This document shows, piece after piece, positions 57,258 to 64,000 of a stretch of 64,000 nt of DNA. Position 1 is the first letter of the stretch. Each line of letters begins with the position of its first letter. Origin of the DNA: Eledone cirrhosa (lineage: Eukaryota); NCBI GenBank assembly GCA_964016885.1, contig OZ024741.1, forward strand, positions 169,818,001-169,882,000, in the 5' to 3' direction. A program made the position numbers and the translations under genes. The notes below the pieces were generated by a model. The model searched no databases, was not told where the DNA came from, and worked only from the letters and a program-made list of their open reading frames with translations.

Positions 57258-57509
57258 ATATATATGTACACATATATAATGAAATGAAATTTCGTTTCAT
57301 TTTTTTCGTTTGCATATATAATTCTTTCTACTTTAGGCACAAGGCCAGCAATTACCCAATACATTGCTGGTACTTTATTTTATCGACCCCGTATGGATGA
57401 AAGGCAAAGTCAACCTCGGCGGGATTTGAACTCAGATCGTAAAGGGAAGTAACTATGCTGGAAAGCATAGCGTCCGACCCTCTACCGATACTGCCAATCC
57501 ACCGTCCTT

Positions 57510-57658
57510 CACATATATAATATTATATAATATATACACACACACACACATATATATATGTACACACACATTATATATATATATACACACACAGACACAT
57601 TATATATATATATATATATAAATATATACACACACACATTATATATATATATACACAT

Positions 57659-57690
<32 letters not shown>

Positions 57691-57930
57691 TTATATATAT
57701 ATATATATACACACATTATATATATGTATATATATATATACACACACATTATATATATATATACACACACACATTATATATATATATATATACACACATT
57801 ATATATATATCTATACACACATTATATATATATGTATATATACACACACACATTATATATATATATATACACACAGACATTATATATATATATATACACA
57901 CACAGACATTATATATATATATATACACAC

Positions 57931-57976
<46 letters not shown>

Positions 57977-58029
57977 TTATATATATATATATACACACAC
58001 ACATTATATATATATATATATACACACAT

Positions 58030-58067
<38 letters not shown>

Positions 58068-58120
58068 TTATATATATATATATATACACAAACACATTAT
58101 ATATATATATACACACACAT

Positions 58121-58182
<62 letters not shown>

Positions 58183-58208
58183 AATTATATATATATACAC
58201 ACACATAT

Positions 58209-58278
<70 letters not shown>

Positions 58279-58297
58279 TATATATATATATATATAA
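57510..58297. repeat. Compound (TA)n(CA)nTT minisatellite
   Basis: Variable 18-35 bp units; also at 57060-57278. Confidence 0.9.
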
Positions 58298-58413
58298 TTT
58301 CAGTCAATTAACTCAGTTGATGTCTTGAATTACCTAAACTCTTATTGACACATCTCAATAAAGCAACGTGGAGGTAATAGTGACGAGATAATTACTGCGT
58401 CTACAGGGGTGCA

Positions 58414-61400
58414 TGTATAGGTGGCGGTGTATGTATGTATCTGTGTGTGTGTATAGGTGGAGGTGTATGTATGTATCTGTGTGTAGGTATAGGTGGAGGT
58501 GTATGTGTGTATCTGTGTATATATAGGTGGAGGTGTATGTGTGAAGCTGTGTGTATGTATAGGTGGAGGTGTATGTGTGTAGCTGTGTGTATATATAGGT
58601 GGAGGTGTATGTGTGTAGCTGTGTATGTATAGGTGGAGGTGTATGTGTGAAGCTGTGTGTGTATAGGTGGAGGTGTATGTGTGTAGCTGTGTGTATAGGT
58701 GGAGGTGTATGTGTGTAGCTGTGTGTGTATAGGTGGAGGTGTATGTGTGTAGCTGTGTGTATGTATAGGAGGAGGTGTATGTGTATATCTGTGTATGTAT
58801 AGGTGGAGGTGTATGTGTGTAGCTGTATATATAGATGGAGGTGTATGTGTGTGGCTGTGTGTGTATAGGTGGAGGTATATGTGTGTATCTGTGTGTATGT
58901 ATAGGTGGAGGTATATGTGTGTATCTGTGTGTATGTATAGGTGGAGGTGTGTGTGTGTATATGTGTGTATGTATAGGTGGAGGTGTATGTGTGCAGCTGT
59001 GTGTGTATGGGTCGAGGTGTATGTGTGTATAGGTGGAGGTGTATGTGTGTATCTGTGTATGTATAGGTGGAGGTGTATTTGTGTAGCTGTGTGTATAGGT
59101 GGCGGTGTATGTGTGTAGCTGTGTGTGTGTGTATAGGTGGAGGTGTATGTGTGTAGCTGTGTGTATAGGTGGCGGTGTATGTGTGTAGCTGTGTATGTAT
59201 AGGTGGAGGTGTATGTGTGTAGCTGTGTGTGTATAGGTGGAGATGTATGTGTGTATCTGTGTATGTATGTGTGGATGTGTATGTGTGTATGTATAGGTGG
59301 AGGTGTATGTGTATATCTGTGTGTGTGTATAGGTGGAGGTGTATGTCTATATCTGTGTGTGTGTATAGGTGGAGGTGTATGTGTGTATCTGTATGTGTGT
59401 ATAGGTGGAGGTGTATGTGTGTATCTGTGTGTATAGGTGGAGGTGTATGTGTGTATCTGTGTGTATGTATAGGTGGAGGTGTATGTGTGTATCTGTGTGT
59501 ATAGGTGGAGGTGTATGTGTGTAGCTGTGTGTGTGTATAGGTGGAGGTGTATGTGTGTAGCTGTGAGTGTATAGGTGGAGGTGTATGTGTGTATCTGTGT
59601 ATGTATAGGTGGAGGTGTATGTGTGTATCTGTGTGTATAGGTGGAAGTGTATGTGTGTAGCTGTGTGTGTGTATAGGTGGAGGTGTATGTGTGTAGCTGT
59701 GTGTGTATAGGTGGAGGTGTATGTGTGTATCTGTGTGTATGTATAGGTGGAGGTGTGGGTGTGTATATGTGTGTATGTGTAGGTGGAGGTATATGTGTGT
59801 ATCTGTGTGTATGTATAGGTGGAGGTGTATGTGTGTATCTGTGTGTATGTATAGGTGTGTGTGTGTGTGTGTATATGTGTGTATGTATAGGTGGAGGTGT
59901 ATGTGTGTATCTGTGTGTATGTATAGGTGGAGGTGTATGTGTGTATATGTGTGTATGTATAGGTGCAGGTGTATGTGTGTATATGTGTGTATGTATAGGT
60001 GGAGGTGTATGTGTGTAGCTGTGTGTGTATAGGTGGAGGTGTATGTGTGCAGCTGTGTGTATAGGTGGCGGTGTATGTGTGTAGCTGTGTGTTTGTGTAT
60101 AGGTGGAGGTGTATGTGTGTAGCTGTGTGTATAGGTGGCGGTGTATGTGTGTAGCTGTGTATGTATAGGTGGAGGTGTATGTGTGTGGCTGTGTGTGTAT
60201 AGGTGGAGGTGTATGTGTGTATCTGTATGTGTGTATAGGTGGAGGTGTATGTGTGTATCTGTGTGTATAGGTGCAGGTGTATCTGTGTGTATGTATAGGT
60301 GGAGGTGTATGTGTGTATCTGTGTGTATGTATAGGTGGAGATGTATGTGTGTATCTGTGTATGTATAGGTGGAGGTGTATGTGTGTATCTGTGTGTGTAT
60401 AGGTGGAGGTGTATGTGTGTATCTGTGTATGTATAGGTGGAGGTGTATGTGTGTATCTGTGTATGTATAGGTGGAGCTGTATGTGTGTAGCTGTGTGTGT
60501 ATAGGTGGAGGTGTATGTGTGTATAGGTGGTGGTGTATGTGTGTATCTGTGTATGTATAGGTGGAGGTGTATTTGTGTAGCTGTGTGTATAGGTGGCGGT
60601 GTATGTGTGTAGCTGTGTTTGTGTGAATAGGTGGAGGTGTATGTGTGTAGCTGTGTGTATAGGTGGCGGTGTATGTGTGTAGCTGTGTATGTATAGGTGG
60701 AGGTGTATGTGTGTAGCTGTGTGTGTATAGGTGGAGATGTATGTGTGTATCTGTGTATTGTATGTATGTGTGGATGTGTATGTGTGTATGTATAGGTGGA
60801 GGTGTATGTGTGTATCTGTGTGTGTGTATAGGTGGAGGTGTATGTCTATATCTGTGTGTGTGTATAGGTGGAGGTGTATGTGTGTATCTGTATGTGTGTG
60901 TAGGTGGAGGTGTATGTGTGTATCTGTGTGTATAGGTGGAGGTGTATGTGTGTATCTGTGTGTATGTATAGGTGGAGGTGTATGTGTGTATCTGTGTGTA
61001 TAGGTGGAGGTGTATGTGTGTAGCTGTGAGTGTATAGGTGGAGGTGTATGTGTGTATATGTGTATGTATAGGTGGAGGTGTATGTGTGTATCTGTGTGTA
61101 TAGGTGGAAGTGTATGTGTGTAGCTGTGTGTGTGTATAGGTGGAGGTGTATGTGTGTAGCTGTGTGTGTATAGGTGGAGGTGTATGTGTGTAGCTGTGTA
61201 TGTATAGGTGGAGGTGTATGTGTGTATCTGTGTGTGTATAGGTGGAGGTGTATTTGTGTAGCTGTGTGTGTATAGGTGGAGGTGTATGTGTGTATCTGTG
61301 TGTATGTATAGGTGGAGGTGTGTGTGTGTGTATATGTGTGCATGTATAGGTGGAGGTATATGTGTGTATCTGTGTGTATGTATAGGTGGAGGTGTATGTG

Positions 61401-64000
61401 TGTATCTGTGTGTATGTATAGGTGGAGGTGTGTGTGTGTATATGTGTGTATGTATAGGTGGAGGTGTATGTGTGTATCTGTGAGTATGTATAGGTGGAGG
61501 TGTATGTGTGTATATGTGTGTATGTATAGGTGGAGGTGTATGTGTGTAGCTGTGTGTGTATAGGTGGAGGTGTATGTGTGTGGCTGTGTGTGTATAGGTG
61601 GAGGTGTATGTGTGTATAGGTGGAGGTGTATGTGTGTATCTGTGTATGTATAGGTGGAGGTGTATGTCTATATCTGTGTGTGTGTATAGGTGGAGGTGTA
61701 TGTGTGTATCTGTATGTGTGTATAGGTGGAGGTGTATGTGTGTATCTGTGTGTATAGGTGGAGGTGTATGTGTGTATCTGTGTGTATGTATAGGTGGAGG
61801 TGTATGTGTGTATCTGTGTGTATGTATAGGTGGAGGTGTATGTGTGTATCTGTGTATGTATAGGTGGAGGTGTATGTGTGTATCTGTGTGTGTATAGGTG
61901 GAGGTGTATGTGTGTATCTGTGTATGTATAGGTGGAGGTGTATCTGTGTATGTATAGGTGGAGCTGTATGTGTGTAGCTGTGTGTGTATAGGTGGAGGTG
62001 TATGTGTGTATAGGTGGAGGTGTATGTGTGTATCTGTGTGTGTGTATAGGTGGAGGTGTATGTCTATATCTGTGTGTGTGTATAGGTGGAGGTGTATGTG
62101 TGTATCTGTATGTGTGTATAGGTGGAGGTGTATGTGTGTATCTGTCTGTATAGGTGGAGGTGTATGTGTGTATCTGTGTGTATGTATAGGTGGAGGTGTA
62201 TGTGTGTATCTGTGTGTATAGGTGGAAGTGTATGTGTGTAGCTGTGTGTGTGTATAGGTGGAGGTGTATGTGTGTAGCTGTGTGTGTATAGGTGGAGGTG
62301 TATGTGTGTAGCTGTGTATGTATAGGTGGAGGTGTATGTGTGTATCTGTGTGTATAGGTGGAAGTGTATGTGTGTAGCTGTGTGTGTGTATAGGTGGAGG
62401 TGTATGTGTGTAGCTGTGTGTGTATAGGTGGAGGTGTATGTGTGTAGCTGTGTATGTATAGGTGGAGGTGTATGTGTGTATCTGTGTGTGTATAGCTGGA
62501 GGTGTATTTGTGTAGCTGTGTGTGTATAGGTGGAGGTGTATGTGTGTATCTGTGTGTATGTATAGGTGGAGGTGTGTGTGTGTATATGTGTGTATGTATA
62601 GGTGGAGGTATATGTGTGTATCTGTGTGTATGTATAGGTGGAGGTGTGTGTGTGTATATGTGTGTATGTATAGGTGGAGGTGTATGTGTGTATCTGTGTG
62701 TATGTATAGGTGGAGGTGTATGTGTGTATATGTGTGTATGTATAGGTGGAGGTGTATGTGTGTATATGTGTGTATGTATAGGTGGAGGTGTATGTGTGTA
62801 GCTGTGTGTGTATAGGTGGAGGTGTATGTGTGCAGCTGTGTGTATAGTTGGCGGTGTATGTGTGTAGCTGTGTGTGTGTGTATAGGTGGAGGTGTATGTG
62901 TGTAGCTGTGTGTATAGGTGGCGGTGTATGTGTGTAGCTGTGTATGTATAGGTGGAGGTGTATGTGTGTAGCTGTGTGTGTATAGGTGCAGGTGTATGTG
63001 TGTATACATGGAGGTGTATGTGTGTATCTGTGTATGTATAGGTGGTGGTGTATGTGTGTATGTATAGGTGGAGGTGTATGTGTGTATCTGTGTGTATGTA
63101 TAGGTGGAGGTGTATGTGTGTATCTGTGTATGTATAGGTGGAGGTGTATGTGTGTATCTGTGTGTGTATAGGTGGAGGTGTATGTGTGTATCTGTGTATG
63201 TATAGGTGGAGGTGTATGTGTGTATCTGTGTATGTATAGGTGGAGCTGTATGTGTGTAGCTGTGTGTGTATAGGTGGAGGTGTATGTGTGTATCTGTGTG
63301 TATAGGTGGAGGTGTATGTGTCTATCTGTGTGTGTAGAGGTGGAGGTGTATGTGTGTATGTGTATATGTGTATAGGTGGAGGTGTATGTGTGTATCTGTG
63401 TGTGTATAGGTGGAGGTGTATGTGTGTAGCTGTGTGTATGTATAGGTGGAGGTGTATGTGTGTATCTGTGTGTGTATAGGTGGAGGTGTATATGTGTAGC
63501 TGTGTGTGTATAGGTGGAGATGTATGTGTGTATCTGTGTATATAGGTGGAGGTGTATGTGTGTATCTGTGTGTGTATAGGTGGAGGTGTATGTGTGTATG
63601 TGTATCTGTGTATAGGTGGAGGTGTATGTGTGTATCTGTGTGTGTATAGGTGGAGGTGTATGTGTGTAGCTGTGTCTGTATAGGTGGCGGTGTATGTGTG
63701 TATCTGTGTATGTATAGATGGAGGTGTATGTGTGTATCTGCGTGTGTATAGGTGGAGGTGTGTGTGTGTAGCTGTATGTATGTATAGGTGGAGGTGTATG
63801 TGTGTAGCTCTCTATGTATAGGTGGAGGTGTATGTGTGTTGCTGTGTGTGTATAGGTGGAAGTGTATGTGTGTAGCTGTGTGTGTGTATAGGTGGAGGTG
63901 TATGTGTGTATCTGTGTGTATAGGTGAAAGTGTATGTGTGTAGCTGTGTGTGTGTGTAGGTGGAGGTGTATGTGTGTAGCTGTGTGTGTATAGGTGGAGG
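58414..64000. repeat. Minisatellite, unit about 28-36 bp, gtataggtggaggtgtatgtgtgta(t/g)ctgt(gt)n; runs off the window
   Basis: Direct reading; the 1220-aa track ORF is a translation of this repeat. Confidence 0.97.

Noticed and set aside
59347-63009. 1220-aa His/Thr/Tyr/Pro-rich ORF
   Set aside because: Stop-free reading of the minisatellite's C/A-rich strand; unit lengths vary and shift frame.
58414-64000. CRISPR-like repeat/spacer appearance
   Set aside because: The linkers are GT-repeat variants, not unique spacers; eukaryotic context and no cas genes.

Overview
This is AT-rich, microsatellite-dense animal DNA; the SINE families and repeat landscape suggest an octopus, but that is inference. 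I can support no host gene: almost all ORF-track entries are translations of simple repeats. The real coding sequence is retroelement-derived. It includes a near-intact Penelope-like element (RT + C-terminal GIY-YIG, one frameshift, 20.3-23.8 kb) and a 5'-truncated, inverted copy (7.6-9.5 kb). There is a tandem stack of R4/Dong-type RLE elements in (AAT)n (48.3-54.5 kb), further RLE fragments ending in (AC)n and (ATAC)n, and RTE, L1/Tx1, CRE and CR1-like fragments. Other repeats are two non-autonomous Helitrons, many tRNA-derived SINEs and a 5.6-kb minisatellite. The most interesting hidden layer is RNA: at least nine well-formed type I hammerhead ribozyme folds plus several decayed ones, from about nine sequence families. 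They include a non-canonical core (CAGAAGA, U-U at the base of stem II) that is identical in all four pLTRs of the young Penelope family, and a short non-coding hammerhead family with one copy starting at the predicted cleavage site. All folds were read by eye; none is shown to cleave.
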